A stretch of DNA of 64,000 nt. Source: Chloroflexota bacterium (GTDB lineage: Bacteria; Chloroflexota; UBA11872; VXNJ01). Where the stretch lies: NCBI GenBank assembly GCA_965261345.1, contig OZ253449.1, forward strand, positions 608,001 to 672,000. The letters run 5' to 3'. Both the position numbers and the translations under genes were made by a program. Shown one piece after another: positions 9,982-20,139 of the stretch. The notes beneath the pieces are model-generated. The model did no database searches, was not told where the DNA came from, and was given only the letters and a program-made list of their open reading frames with translations. Position 1 is the first letter of the stretch. The number at the start of each line of letters is the position of its first letter.

Positions 9982-11436
9982 TCACGGGCTGGCGGCGGGC
10001 GGATCGCCGCTGCTGCCGAGCCAGCCAAAACCGAAACTCCCGATGAACTGATCGGCCAGGGCCGGGCCGGGGCTACCCGGTTCGTACTCGCCCAAACGGT
10101 AGGATCCAACCTGCTCCCAACCCTTGACCAGCGGATCAATGACCTGCCATGCCAATTCGATTTCATCGGAACGGATAAAGAGGGTGGAGTCGCCGTTTAA
10201 CGCATCCACCAATAGGCGTTCGTAGGCATCGGGTATCTCGGCGTCCGGCAACACTTGCGCGTAATCGAAGTTCATCTTGGCGGTAGCAAGTTGCATGCGT
10301 CCGGGCAACCGGGTCTCAAAACTCAATTCGATTCCTTCGGCTGGTTGCAAACGCAGGGTTAAGGCATTTGGAGTTAGCGCCAGGTCCTCGTTGCCGCCGG
10401 AGAACATCACATGCTGCGGGGAATGGAATTCGACGATGACCTCAGTCGTTCGGGCCGGCAGGGCCTTTCCCGATCGCAGGAAGAACGGAACTCCCTTCCA
10501 GCGCCAGTTGTCAACCTGCAGTCGCAGCGCAGCAAATGTGGCGGTGTTGGAATTGCCCGCAACTCGCGGGCTTTCCCTGTATCCGGCATACTGCCCGCGA
10601 ACCGATTCAGAATATATCGCCTCTCCCACCACTGGACGGATCGCCCGTAGCACCTTAACCTTCTCGTTGCGCAGCGCATCGGCGGCGATGATTGCGGGTG
10701 GCTCCATTGCGACCAGGGCGACCAGTTGCATGATGTGGTTCTGGAACATGTCGCGCCACACGCCGGCCGCATCGTAGTAGCCGCCACGGTTCCCGATATC
10801 CTCAGACTCGGCAACGGTAATTTGGACCTGTCGAATGTAATGGTTGTTCCAGATCGGTTCGAAAAGCCCGTTGGCGAACCTGAGCACCAGAATGTTCTGG
10901 ACGGTGTCCTTGCCCAGGTAGTGGTCAATTCGCAGGATTTGGCTCTCGTCAAATCCCTGGTGTAGCTCCAGGTTGAGCCGACGGGCCGAGCCCAGGTCGC
11001 GCCCGAACGGCTTTTCCACCACCAGGCGGGCATTGCCGTCGCCGAATTTGGCTTCCAGGCCGGCCAACCCGACCGCGATCGGCGCAAAAAAGCGCGGCGC
11101 GCAGGCCAGGTAGTAGAGCCGCCGCGCCGATCTGGCGGCCGACAGGTTGGTAATCTGGCGGCCGAGGGCAGAATAGTCTGCGGGCCGGTCAAAATCAAGC
11201 CGTAGGTAGGAAATCCTGGCGCAAAACTCGGCCCATAGCATCTCGTCCACACCGGTTGGCGCCAATCGCTTTAGCAGTTCGGCGCGGTCGATTGCCGTAT
11301 GTGCCACCGCCAGGATCTGGAGGTCCGCTTCGATGCGACGGCAACGCCACCCTTCCAGTAGCGCCGGGATCAGCTTGCGGCGGGCCAGGTCCCCGGTGGC
11401 ACCGAAGATAACGAATACGTGAGCTACCGGATCTAC
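9982..11436 (-). CDS. zwf: Glucose-6-phosphate 1-dehydrogenase; lacks a canonical start codon upstream of the conserved N-terminus
   Basis: IFGATGDLARRKLIPAL in frame upstream of the GTG at 11307; EKPFG, RIDHYLGK, NWRWKGVPFFLRSGK. Confidence 0.93.
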   Translation of the reverse strand, partial: VDPVAHVFVIFGATGDLARRKLIPALLEGWRCRRIEADLQILAVAHTAIDRAELLKRLAPTGVDEMLWAEFCARISYLRLDFDRPADYSALGRQITNLSAARSARRLYYLACAPRFFAPIAVGLAGLEAKFGDGNARLVVEKPFGRDLGSARRLNLELHQGFDESQILRIDHYLGKDTVQNILVLRFANGLFEPIWNNHYIRQVQITVAESEDIGNRGGYYDAAGVWRDMFQNHIMQLVALVAMEPPAIIAADALRNEKVKVLRAIRPVVGEAIYSESVRGQYAGYRESPRVAGNSNTATFAALRLQVDNWRWKGVPFFLRSGKALPARTTEVIVEFHSPQHVMFSGGNEDLALTPNALTLRLQPAEGIELSFETRLPGRMQLATAKMNFDYAQVLPDAEIPDAYERLLVDALNGDSTLFIRSDEIELAWQVIDPLVKGWEQVGSYRLGEYEPGSPGPALADQFIGSFGFGWLGSSGDPPAASP

Positions 11437-12349
11437 TCCCGCGCGCGCACAGCGTGGCCGCCAAATTGCTGGCGCAAGGCCGCCAGCATCCGGTCTGAAA
11501 ACGGTGAGGGATCGCGCGAGCGAAAACGTCGCATTAGGGCCAGCGTAAGCACTTCAGCAGGACTGTCCAGGTCGATCGCTTCCTGCACGGTCCAGCGCCC
11601 TTCACCCGAATCCGATACGTAAGCCTCCAGTTTTTCAAGTCGCGGGTCGTCGTCGAGCGCATTGACCGCAAGGTCTAACAACCACGATGAGATGACCGAC
11701 CCGTATTGCCAAATCCGACCCACCGCCAGCAAGTCGAGGTCAAGTTCCTCCTTCTTGGCCAGGATTTCGAAACCTTCCGCCAGCGCCTGCATCATGCCGT
11801 ATTCGATGCCGTTGTGGATCATCTTGCAAAAATGTCCGGCTCCGGCCGGGCCGACCCGGCCATAGCCTCGGTCAGGGCTGGGCGCCAACGCCACAAAAAG
11901 CGGTTCAAGACGGTCGAAGACATCCTGGGGGCCGCCGATCATGCAGCTATACCCGTTCACCAGGCCCCAGACTCCGCCGGATGTTCCGCAATCGAGAAAC
12001 TCGATTCCTTCGCTGGCCAGCCGGGCGGCCCGCTGCTGTGAATCCTTGTAGTTGGCATTACCGCCGTCGATGATCGTGTCGCCGGGAGACAGCAAGGGAA
12101 TCAGGTCGCAGATCATTCGTTCGGTAACCGCGCCCGCCGGGACCATGGTCCAGACCACCCTCTTCCCGGGGGCGGCCTCCAACCGATCAACCAGCTCGTT
12201 GAGCCGGGCCGCTCCTACCGCCCCTTTGGCAACGGCGGCGGCTACCGGTTCCGGGGAGCGGTTTGTGCTACCACACGATGTCCGGCGGCCAGCCACCGCT
12301 CGGTCATGTTCAGGCCCATCCGCCCCAATCCGATGATCCCTATTTCCAA
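11433..12349 (-). pseudogene. gnd: 6-phosphogluconate dehydrogenase (short decarboxylating type) with apparent 1-nt frameshift near 12263
   Basis: N-terminal LEIGIIGLGRMGLNM in one frame; NRSPEPV, IDGGN, SGGVWG, KMIHNGIEYGMMQ, DSGEGRWT in another. Confidence 0.85.
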
Positions 12350-12407
12350 TTTGGCCCACGTTCCTTACAAACAAACTGCTCCGCCGGCGGAATTTTTTCC
12401 GACCCGG

Positions 12408-14003
12408 CTAAAAATTCTCGACCAAGGTAGATACCGTCAATCCCAGTTCGCCGGTAAATTCGATGCAGGCGACATTGCGCCCGAGGCCGGCCAGGGTTTG
12501 GCTGTCGCCCACCGCCTGTGCCCGGGCCAGCGTCGCAAGCCCGAAACGGCGGTCCGGCAAGGATTCTTCCCGACCGGCCGGGGCGGGGAGCAGATACAGA
12601 AAGCTCCCGTTGCCGGGCCCGCCTTTATGCAATTGGCCGGTTGAATGCAAATAGCGCGGTCCGTAACCGCTGGTTACCGCACCGGCGCCCCGCGCCAGCA
12701 GGAACTGTGCCAATTCCGCCAACGCACGATCGGTGTCAACGGATTCAGAGGAATAGGCCAGGATCGCCGCATAACCATCTGGGTCCAATCGTCCAAGCCA
12801 GTCGGAAAAGGAGGTCTGTCCGGACGACGGCAGCTCGGACCCTTGGGTCAGGCTGGCCAGCAGCGCGGCGGTGGTGTCCTTGGCACGCTGCACATCGGGT
12901 TGATCGAAGGGATTTACCCTGATCAGGCAACCGGTCAGGGCGATCGCCATCATCCAGACGTACATTTCCCCCGCGATCGCCAGTTCGTCGGTCAGGTCGC
13001 GGCGTTCAACGAAGGTTCCCTGAGCGTGAAGATCCTGCACCAGCCGATCGGCATCGACGTTGTCGTCTCCTTGAAGGCGCAGCTGGCAAAAGACGCGATT
13101 GGCACGGTAGGCGCCAGCCGGCTGGACCGGTTCGTTGCTGATCGGCAAAATGCCGATTCCTCGTTTGCCCAGGCTTTCGGCGACCAGCTGCTCAATCCAA
13201 AGACCCAGTCGCGCGAGCCGTGGTGAGCAGATCAGGGTGAATTTGTCGCGACCGGCCAACTGACCGGCGGCCAACAGGGTGGCCAGCTTGGCGGCGGGAT
13301 TGGCGGCGGGATCGGTCCTTGGTCCGCAGGCCCGGCGTGCCGATTCGGCAGCGGAAATGATGCTGGTCAAATCGGCCCCCATCAGGGCGGGCGATATCAA
13401 GCCGAAAGCGGTAAACGCCGAGAACCGTCCCCCGACCCGCGGATCGCCCGGCAAATAGACCGAGAACCCGTGCTCGATCGCAAATTGAGCCAATTTCGAA
13501 CCGGGGTCGGAAATTGCCGCAAACTGCGACCACGGGTCGACAACGCCGGACTGGTGCAACCGGCGGTGAAAGTGGTCGACCAGCGCCCAGACCTCGGTGG
13601 TAGTGCCCGATTTGGAGGCGGCGACAAACAGGGTCTGGGCAAGATCTATCTTTTCCTCCAGGACCCCAACCTGATCCGGGACGGTGCTATCTAGCACGTG
13701 GAATTGAAGGCCGCTTGCCCGATCGCCCAGTAACGACCGGAAGACGTCCGCGGCGAGGCTGCTGCCACCCATCCCCAACAGCACCGCGTGCTTGAACCCG
13801 CGGTGGCGTGATCGGTCCGCCAGGCTCAGCAACCCGTCCAGGCGGCCGCGTCCGGCGTCCGGGTAGCCGAGCCAGCCCAACACCGATTCGACGGCATCCT
13901 GGGACCGCCACAGCCCGGGGCACTGGTCCCATATCCGGGCGATCAGATTCTGCTCGGCAATCTGGGCGGCGGCGGCCGCCCGCTGCCTCGAGTTGGCCTG
14001 CAT
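12408..14003 (-). CDS. pgi: Glucose-6-phosphate isomerase (type found in Tal-Pgi fusions)
   Basis: GMGGSSL, SKSGTTTE, VGGRFS, EQLVAESLGK, NPFDQPDVQ, GPRYLHSTGQLHKGG. Confidence 0.92.
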   Translation of the reverse strand: MQANSRQRAAAAAQIAEQNLIARIWDQCPGLWRSQDAVESVLGWLGYPDAGRGRLDGLLSLADRSRHRGFKHAVLLGMGGSSLAADVFRSLLGDRASGLQFHVLDSTVPDQVGVLEEKIDLAQTLFVAASKSGTTTEVWALVDHFHRRLHQSGVVDPWSQFAAISDPGSKLAQFAIEHGFSVYLPGDPRVGGRFSAFTAFGLISPALMGADLTSIISAAESARRACGPRTDPAANPAAKLATLLAAGQLAGRDKFTLICSPRLARLGLWIEQLVAESLGKRGIGILPISNEPVQPAGAYRANRVFCQLRLQGDDNVDADRLVQDLHAQGTFVERRDLTDELAIAGEMYVWMMAIALTGCLIRVNPFDQPDVQRAKDTTAALLASLTQGSELPSSGQTSFSDWLGRLDPDGYAAILAYSSESVDTDRALAELAQFLLARGAGAVTSGYGPRYLHSTGQLHKGGPGNGSFLYLLPAPAGREESLPDRRFGLATLARAQAVGDSQTLAGLGRNVACIEFTGELGLTVSTLVENF

Positions 14004-14011
14004 TGGACCCC

Positions 14012-15145
14012 CTAGCCCACCGCGGCCAGGGCCTTGGCCTTGCCGGCGACGACCTCGAGCAGACCGTCGTAGGACCGGGCAAAGGAATCGATGCCGGCAA
14101 TCGTGAGCTCGTCGGTTATCGAATCAAGGTCCATTCCGGCGTCGCGGGCGGCCGATATCCGCTGGCCGGCGTGTTCGAGCCCGTGGTCCAACGCAGGCTT
14201 GGCGACCCCGTGGTCCAACCAGGCTTCCAGAGTTGCCGAAGGCAGGGTGTTGACGGTGTCGCGGCCGATCAATTCCGTCACGTATAGGACGTCGGGAAGG
14301 TTCGGGTTCTTAGTACTTGTGGAAGCCCACAGGCAGCGCTGCGGGCGAGCACCGGCGTCCGCCAACGTGGCGAATTCGTCGGAGCCGAACAGCTCACCAA
14401 AACTGGCATAGGCGAGCAGGGCGTTATCGATCGCGATCGTGCCGATCAGATCCGCCCGCCCCAGCCGCTGCAGTTCGGCATCGGCGGCGGTATCGACCCG
14501 CGATACGAAAAAGGAGGCCACCGAAGCTACCGCCCGCAGATCGCCGCCGGAGGCCTTCAAGATTTTTAGCCCGTCGATGTAGGCCTTTGCGATCTCCCGG
14601 TAGCGGGCGACCGCAAAGAGCAGCGTCACGTTGACGTTGATACCTTCGCCGATCAGGGCCCGAAATGCCCCGACCCCGGCCGCGGTGCCTGGCACCTTGA
14701 TCATCAGGTTGGGCCGATCGACCTTGGTCCACAGCCGCCGGGCAGCCGTGACCGATCCGGGTTCGTCATCGGCCAGGGCGGGCGGAAGTTCGTAGCTGAC
14801 AAATCCATCAGCGGCGGCGGTATCGGCATACACGCCGGCGAATGCATCACAGGCACGGGTAATGTCGGCCAGGGCAATTTCCTCAAAAATCTGGGCCGCA
14901 TCGAGGCCCGCCCGGGCCAGCGTGGCGACGTCGGCATCATAGTCGGCAGAACTGGAAACCGCTTTTTCAAAGATGGTGGGATTGGAGGTAACTCCGCGCA
15001 CTCCGAGATCTATGAGCTCACCCAGTCGGCCGGAGTCGATCAGGTTGCGGCTGATCTCATCCAGCCAGACCGCCTGGCCATGGCGCAAGAGTTCAGTTAG
15101 TGGGTTGGTGGTCACCGTGTTGTTCCTTTTTAGGGTATTCATCAT
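14012..15145 (-). CDS. tal: Transaldolase
   Basis: VWLD, GVTSNPTIF, NLMIKVP, NVNVTLLF, SFFVSRVD, WASTSTKNP. Confidence 0.96.
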   Translation of the reverse strand: MMNTLKRNNTVTTNPLTELLRHGQAVWLDEISRNLIDSGRLGELIDLGVRGVTSNPTIFEKAVSSSADYDADVATLARAGLDAAQIFEEIALADITRACDAFAGVYADTAAADGFVSYELPPALADDEPGSVTAARRLWTKVDRPNLMIKVPGTAAGVGAFRALIGEGINVNVTLLFAVARYREIAKAYIDGLKILKASGGDLRAVASVASFFVSRVDTAADAELQRLGRADLIGTIAIDNALLAYASFGELFGSDEFATLADAGARPQRCLWASTSTKNPNLPDVLYVTELIGRDTVNTLPSATLEAWLDHGVAKPALDHGLEHAGQRISAARDAGMDLDSITDELTIAGIDSFARSYDGLLEVVAGKAKALAAVG

Positions 15146-15202
15146 CGGTTTGGCAGGGTGGGAATTCTCACGATTCGACTGCCGGGGCGGCCGGCGAATC
15201 GG

Positions 15203-15658
15203 CTATCTGGGTTGCTCAGCCTCGATTGCGGAAACTTTTTGCAGCCGGCGCAGGAAGCGCTCTTGGGGGTCAAATTCTGCGTTCAGGAATGCCTCGACTA
15301 TCTCAAGCGCCGGTTCCACTCCAATCACCCGGCCGCCCAGACACAGGATGTTCATGGCATCGTGCTCGACCCCTTGGTGGGCCGAATACCGATCATGGCA
15401 GGTGGCCGCTCGAACTCCGATGTGCTTGGAGCAGGCGATCGCCGCGCCGACCCCGGAGCCGCAGATGACAATTCCGCGTTCGACACGCCCAGATTGGACT
15501 GCTTGGGCAACTGCGGCGCAGAAATCAGGCCAATCATCGTCCGGATCAAACTGGCTGGCACCGCAGTCCTCGACTTGATGGGGTTTACCGGCCAGATAGG
15601 CCAACACCTGCGTTTTTAGCGCAAACCCGCCGTGATCGGCACCGATTGCCAATTTCAT
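15203..15658 (-). CDS. rpiB: Ribose-5-phosphate isomerase B
   Basis: GADHGG, ICGSGVG, HDAMNILCLGGR. Confidence 0.95.
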   Translation of the reverse strand: MKLAIGADHGGFALKTQVLAYLAGKPHQVEDCGASQFDPDDDWPDFCAAVAQAVQSGRVERGIVICGSGVGAAIACSKHIGVRAATCHDRYSAHQGVEHDAMNILCLGGRVIGVEPALEIVEAFLNAEFDPQERFLRRLQKVSAIEAEQPR

Positions 15659-15706
15659 AAGTTATCCGTCTTTTGGTTGTAGTGGTCAAATGTCGGAATC
15701 GCGCAC

Positions 15707-16486
15707 CTACGACATATAGATTCCGCCGCAGATATTGAGCGACTGGCCGGTCATGTAATCAGAGTCGGATGAGGCCAGGAAACTCACCGCGCTGGCGACC
15801 TCCGAAGGCTGTTGCGGGCGCCCCAGAGCGATCTTGGCGATCGACTGGGCTCGAACCTCCGATTGCGAGATCCCCTGCATTTCCGAACGAACCACGGCGA
15901 TCCGGTCCCACATTGGCGTGTCGACCATTCCCGGACAGTAGGCATTGCAAGTAATACCGTGCGGGGCCAACTCGATCGCGACCGCCTGGGTAATTCCCAC
16001 CACCGCGTATTTGGAGGCATGGTAGACCGACTGCAGCGGCGTTGCGCGCTTGCCGGAAATGGAGGCGGCATTGATGATCTTCCCGTAACCCTGGTCGATC
16101 ATCTGCTTGGCAGCTTCGCGGTCGGTGAGGTAGACGCCCCAGACATTGACCCGATTGATCCTTTCGAACTCCTCGCGGCTGGTCTCCACCAGGCGGCCGG
16201 TGGTATGGAGCCCGGCGTTGGCGATCGCCACATCCAATTTGCCATATTCAGCCGCCGTCGCCGCCACGAGGACCGCCACATCGTCCTCGTTGGTTACATC
16301 GCCGGCCATTGCGATTGCCCGGCGACCTTTGGCCCGGGCCAGTTGGCAGGCTTTCTCGGCCACATCCAGATCAATATCGTTTACTAAAAAATCGGCTCCG
16401 TCGGCCGCCAATCGTTCAATGATGGCGTTGCCCAGTGCCCCGCCGCCGCCGGTGATCAGCACCGCTTTGCCGCTCAGATCTCGCAT
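15707..16486 (-). CDS. Short-chain dehydrogenase/reductase (acetoin/polyol dehydrogenase-like)
   Basis: TGGGGALG, NAG, YHASK, YCPGMVDT; start taken at ATG 16486. Confidence 0.9.
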   Translation of the reverse strand: MRDLSGKAVLITGGGGALGNAIIERLAADGADFLVNDIDLDVAEKACQLARAKGRRAIAMAGDVTNEDDVAVLVAATAAEYGKLDVAIANAGLHTTGRLVETSREEFERINRVNVWGVYLTDREAAKQMIDQGYGKIINAASISGKRATPLQSVYHASKYAVVGITQAVAIELAPHGITCNAYCPGMVDTPMWDRIAVVRSEMQGISQSEVRAQSIAKIALGRPQQPSEVASAVSFLASSDSDYMTGQSLNICGGIYMS

Positions 16487-16670
16487 GTTACCAGTCTCCC
16501 GGATTGTCAATCTGAATTTACTCAACGCCCAATTTTTGCCCGCCGCGCGGAACGTTGATCATGTACTCGCACCAGTCGCCTTGCGGGGCAATAATGGTTG
16601 ATTCGCCGCGACTACGGCCTACAGTCTGTTGACGGCAGCGCGCGGTACCCCACAGATTTGACGGGAAACT

Positions 16671-17996
16671 TTGAGTACGGCCAGGGCAGGCGCCGAACCG
16701 GTCGGTTCATCGGAAATTGAACCGCTTGACGAACGCGATCAATTGGTAGAGCGTCGCACCGCGGCGGCCGGGCCGGTGGGCCAACTCTTCTACGGGCTGT
16801 TTCCGGCGGTGGCGATTCCGGCCTACATGATCCTCTGGCAGGGCAACATCGGCACCATGCTGGCCTTCTGGATGCAATTTACTGCCGAGGGCTATTATGT
16901 CTATCTGCTGACCGGGTCCAACACGATGCTGGCGGTTGTGGGATTGGCCCGATCCCTGCCGATGATATTTGTCGCCCCGGTACTTGGAACACTCGCCGAC
17001 CGGGTCGACCGGCTCAAGATGCTAGTGGCCGCACAGGCAGCCGGGGCATTGGTCGCGGCGGTCGTCGCCGGCCTCATCTTCAGCGGCCTCATTCAACCGT
17101 GGCACCTGGTCGTGGGCGCGCTCATGGGGGGGATTGCGATCGCCGCCAACTTTCCCGCCCGACAGGCCCTGGTCATGTCGATCGTCGGGCGCAAATACAT
17201 GCTCAATGCGGTGGCCCTGCACACCACCAGCGTCGGTGCGACGCGCATCCTGGGACCGCCGGTCGCCGGTGCCATCCTGGCGGTTGTCAGTGCGGCCTGG
17301 TGTTACGCCGCAACCGCAGTGCTCACCGCCGCCTCCGGCGCCTATATCCGCCGCATCAGCCCGCCGCGAGTTGAAATGCCAAACCGCAAGGTGTCATTTA
17401 CCCGCGACATCTTTGCCGGATACGCTTACGTATTAAAAAACCGCAAACTGCGACCGGTTGTGGCAGTTGGCGTATTGATATCGATTCTGTTCTATTCGCA
17501 CTACCAATTCGTTCCCGCGATCGCGCGGGACGTGCTCCTCTCACCTGAGGCCGGCTTGGCGGCACTGTCGGCCGCTTCGGGTGCCGGCGGCCTGGTCGGG
17601 GCCCTGGCGGCGTCCCGCATGGACAGCGTCCGCCGCAAGGGGATGTTGCTTTTTGGCGGATCGATGATCTTCGGAGCCTCGGTTTTCGCCTTTGCCCAGA
17701 CGGATTACTTGCCACTTGCGGCGGCGCTGCTGCTGGTGGCCGGCCTCGGGTCGGGTTTGGCCCAGGCCACCAATGGCGCACTCTTGCAATTGCTGGCCGA
17801 AGATCACTATCGCGGTCGCATGGGGGCGGTGCAATTGGTCATGTGGGGCTTAACTCCGTTGGGGGGAATCCCGATGGGCGCCCTCGGCGATGCCACGAGT
17901 TCCTCGTTTGCCGTCGGAACCGCCGCCGCTATCGGCCTGGTCCTGCTCCTCCTGCTTTTTGCCATTGTGCCGCAACTGCGACGCCTGCGAGTCTGA
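16671..17996 (+). CDS. MFS transporter
   Basis: About 12 TM segments; GTLADRVDRLK, PARQAL, RILGPPVAG, HYRGRMG. Confidence 0.9.
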   Translation: MSTARAGAEPVGSSEIEPLDERDQLVERRTAAAGPVGQLFYGLFPAVAIPAYMILWQGNIGTMLAFWMQFTAEGYYVYLLTGSNTMLAVVGLARSLPMIFVAPVLGTLADRVDRLKMLVAAQAAGALVAAVVAGLIFSGLIQPWHLVVGALMGGIAIAANFPARQALVMSIVGRKYMLNAVALHTTSVGATRILGPPVAGAILAVVSAAWCYAATAVLTAASGAYIRRISPPRVEMPNRKVSFTRDIFAGYAYVLKNRKLRPVVAVGVLISILFYSHYQFVPAIARDVLLSPEAGLAALSAASGAGGLVGALAASRMDSVRRKGMLLFGGSMIFGASVFAFAQTDYLPLAAALLLVAGLGSGLAQATNGALLQLLAEDHYRGRMGAVQLVMWGLTPLGGIPMGALGDATSSSFAVGTAAAIGLVLLLLLFAIVPQLRRLRV

Positions 17997-18094
17997 TTTT
18001 CGTAGCGTCCGCAGCGGACGCGATCCGGGGGCGCCAGACCCGTCGCGCGGCGGTGGATTGGGGCCTGATCGGAGTGAATTGGTTTTCGATCAAA

Positions 18095-18100
18095 TACACT
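18095..18100 (+). promoter_or_regulatory. Probable -10 element (TACACT) of SRP RNA gene
   Basis: TACACT 6 nt upstream of the SRP RNA 5' end. Confidence 0.45.
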
Positions 18101-18106
18101 TGTAGT

Positions 18107-18376
18107 GGCCGTGCTAGGTGGGGAGCTAGCGGTGCCCTGCATCTGCAATCCGCTATAGCAGAACTGAATTCCCTTCCACGGAATACCGGCGGTCGATTCT
18201 GGATCGCACTCGGCGCATTGAAGGCTTGGCCTCGTGCGGCGGAAACCTCCAAATCCCGTCAGGTCCGGAAGGAAGCAGCGGTAAGGGGAAATTTCCGGGC
18301 GCCGCGAGATAACCTGGCCGGAGCGTTCGTTTCGATTCGTGGCGATCAATTGGGTTACAACGAAGGGTGCGCGGCC
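18107..18376 (+). ncRNA. ffs: Signal recognition particle RNA, large bacterial type with Alu domain
   Basis: 5' GCCGTGCTAGGTGGGGAGCTAGCGGTGCCCTG...GCAATCCGCT resembles Bacillus scRNA; S-domain GTCAGGTCCGGAAGGAAGCAGC; ends GGCCGTGC/GCGCGGCC pair; upstream of dnaX. Confidence 0.95.
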
Positions 18377-18462
18377 ATCTTCGATTCGGGGTTAATGGTA
18401 ATTTGCCCACACAAATGGAAGCAGGCAGGGGTTGACGGGCGTCCGCCAATGGACCGATTGCA

Positions 18463-20103
18463 ATGATCGCTGCTGATTCGCTAAGGGCGCTCTACAACCG
18501 GTATCGTCCACAGCGGTTTTCCGAGGTTGCCGGACAGCGCCACGTCGTGCGGATCCTGCAGAACGCCCTGGTTCATAATCGCGTTTCGCACGCCTACCTT
18601 TTCTCAGGCGAACGGGGCACCGGCAAGACCACGGTCGGCCGCATCCTGGCAAAGGCCCTCAACTGCCAGCGGGGAATCCAGCCCGAACCCTGCAATGATT
18701 GCCAGCACTGTCGCAGCGTCGGCTCCGAGTCGTTTCTAGACCTTATCGAGATCGACGCCGCCAGCCACACCTCGGTCAACGACATCCGCGATCTGCGCGA
18801 AAAAGTTCGCTACCGGCCGGCCGCTGGGCGCTTTAAGGTCTACCTCATCGACGAGGTCCACCAACTCTCGCGCTCCGCCTACAACGCATTCCTAAAAACC
18901 TTGGAAGAGCCGCCGCAACACGTCGTCTTCATCCTGGCCACCACCGATCCGCACCGGGTTTTGCCAACCGTGCGCTCCCGCTGCCAGCACCTGCGTTTCA
19001 AACGCATTGGCCACGAACAGATGGTCGCCCAGCTGCAGCGGGTAGTCCAACTTGAAGACGCTATGGCCGACGACCTGGCCCTGGCCCTGATCGCCCGCAA
19101 TGCCGAAGGCAGCCTCCGTGACGCCCTGGGGTTGCTCGAACAGGGCCTGGCCTACGCCGACAACAACCTCTCCGAGCGCCATATGCGCGACCTGTTGGGA
19201 ACCGCCGGTTACGAGGGCGTGACCGCGATCGCCGCCGCCATCGCCCGCGGCAAACTCGGCGAGGCCATGAGCTCGCTGATGCGGGCCCTCGACGACGGCG
19301 CCGACCCGACCGCGTTGCAGGGTCAGTTGGTTGGCCTGTTTCGGGCGGTGCTGATCCTGCTCACCAGCCGGCGACAGGCCCAGTTGGACCAATTTTCAGG
19401 CGATGAACTTGAGGCCCTGAAAGCTATTTCCGCCAATTTCCGGCGCATCCGACAGCCATTGGCGGTCGTTGAGGCATTGACCGAACGACCGCCGTTGACG
19501 GCCGCTCGGCCGCCGCAGTTGGATCTGGAACTGGCGGTAGCGCAAGCTGCCATAGCCGCCGGGGCAAACGATTCGGTCGCCCAAATCGAAGCTGAGGTTG
19601 AAGTTGAATCAGGGTCGGTGCAAACGCCGGGCGATCGCCGCCACGAGCCGCCGCCGGAACCCGAGAGCGCCGAGGAGCTAGACCCCCGCCCGTCAACTGA
19701 CCTCCCTGGAAGCGTGCCTGGCCCGGCCGCCAACACGGCGGCGGAGGTCGCCCCGGACCCGGTTGCACCGGTCAGCGATGCCCAAATCCTGGAATTGTTC
19801 AATACCCGGCGGGCAAGCTTTGACAGTCAAGTTCGCAGTTGGCATCCCGTCTATGCCGGTCAATTGGCACAGGCCGCCGCGCGGGCCGAAGGCGGAAGTC
19901 TGATCTTGGCGATCGGGCAACGGTTCGCACTCGAAGAGCTGCAACGCAGCGAGCGCTTGGGCGAACTGGTCGAGATAGTACGACAGGTTTTGCAGGCTCC
20001 GGTCAATTTGCGGCTCGAAGCGGCTGAGGCGACCAGCGATCAGGCCTACACTGCCAGAATCTCCCAGGCGGCAATCGATCTGTTCGGTGCCGAAAAAATC
20101 TAA
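18463..20103 (+). CDS. dnaX: DNA polymerase III subunit gamma/tau
   Basis: LYNRYRPQRF, GERGTGKT, CNDCQHC, DEVHQL, SRC, GSLRDAL. Confidence 0.97.
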   Translation: MIAADSLRALYNRYRPQRFSEVAGQRHVVRILQNALVHNRVSHAYLFSGERGTGKTTVGRILAKALNCQRGIQPEPCNDCQHCRSVGSESFLDLIEIDAASHTSVNDIRDLREKVRYRPAAGRFKVYLIDEVHQLSRSAYNAFLKTLEEPPQHVVFILATTDPHRVLPTVRSRCQHLRFKRIGHEQMVAQLQRVVQLEDAMADDLALALIARNAEGSLRDALGLLEQGLAYADNNLSERHMRDLLGTAGYEGVTAIAAAIARGKLGEAMSSLMRALDDGADPTALQGQLVGLFRAVLILLTSRRQAQLDQFSGDELEALKAISANFRRIRQPLAVVEALTERPPLTAARPPQLDLELAVAQAAIAAGANDSVAQIEAEVEVESGSVQTPGDRRHEPPPEPESAEELDPRPSTDLPGSVPGPAANTAAEVAPDPVAPVSDAQILELFNTRRASFDSQVRSWHPVYAGQLAQAAARAEGGSLILAIGQRFALEELQRSERLGELVEIVRQVLQAPVNLRLEAAEATSDQAYTARISQAAIDLFGAEKI

Positions 20104-20139
20104 CGTCCCGACAGCCATCCAAACCTAAGGAAATCCAGA

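Noticed and set aside
18463-20103. Programmed frameshift in dnaX (gamma/tau)
   Set aside because: No A-AAA-AAG or long A-run slippery site seen in the interior of the gene
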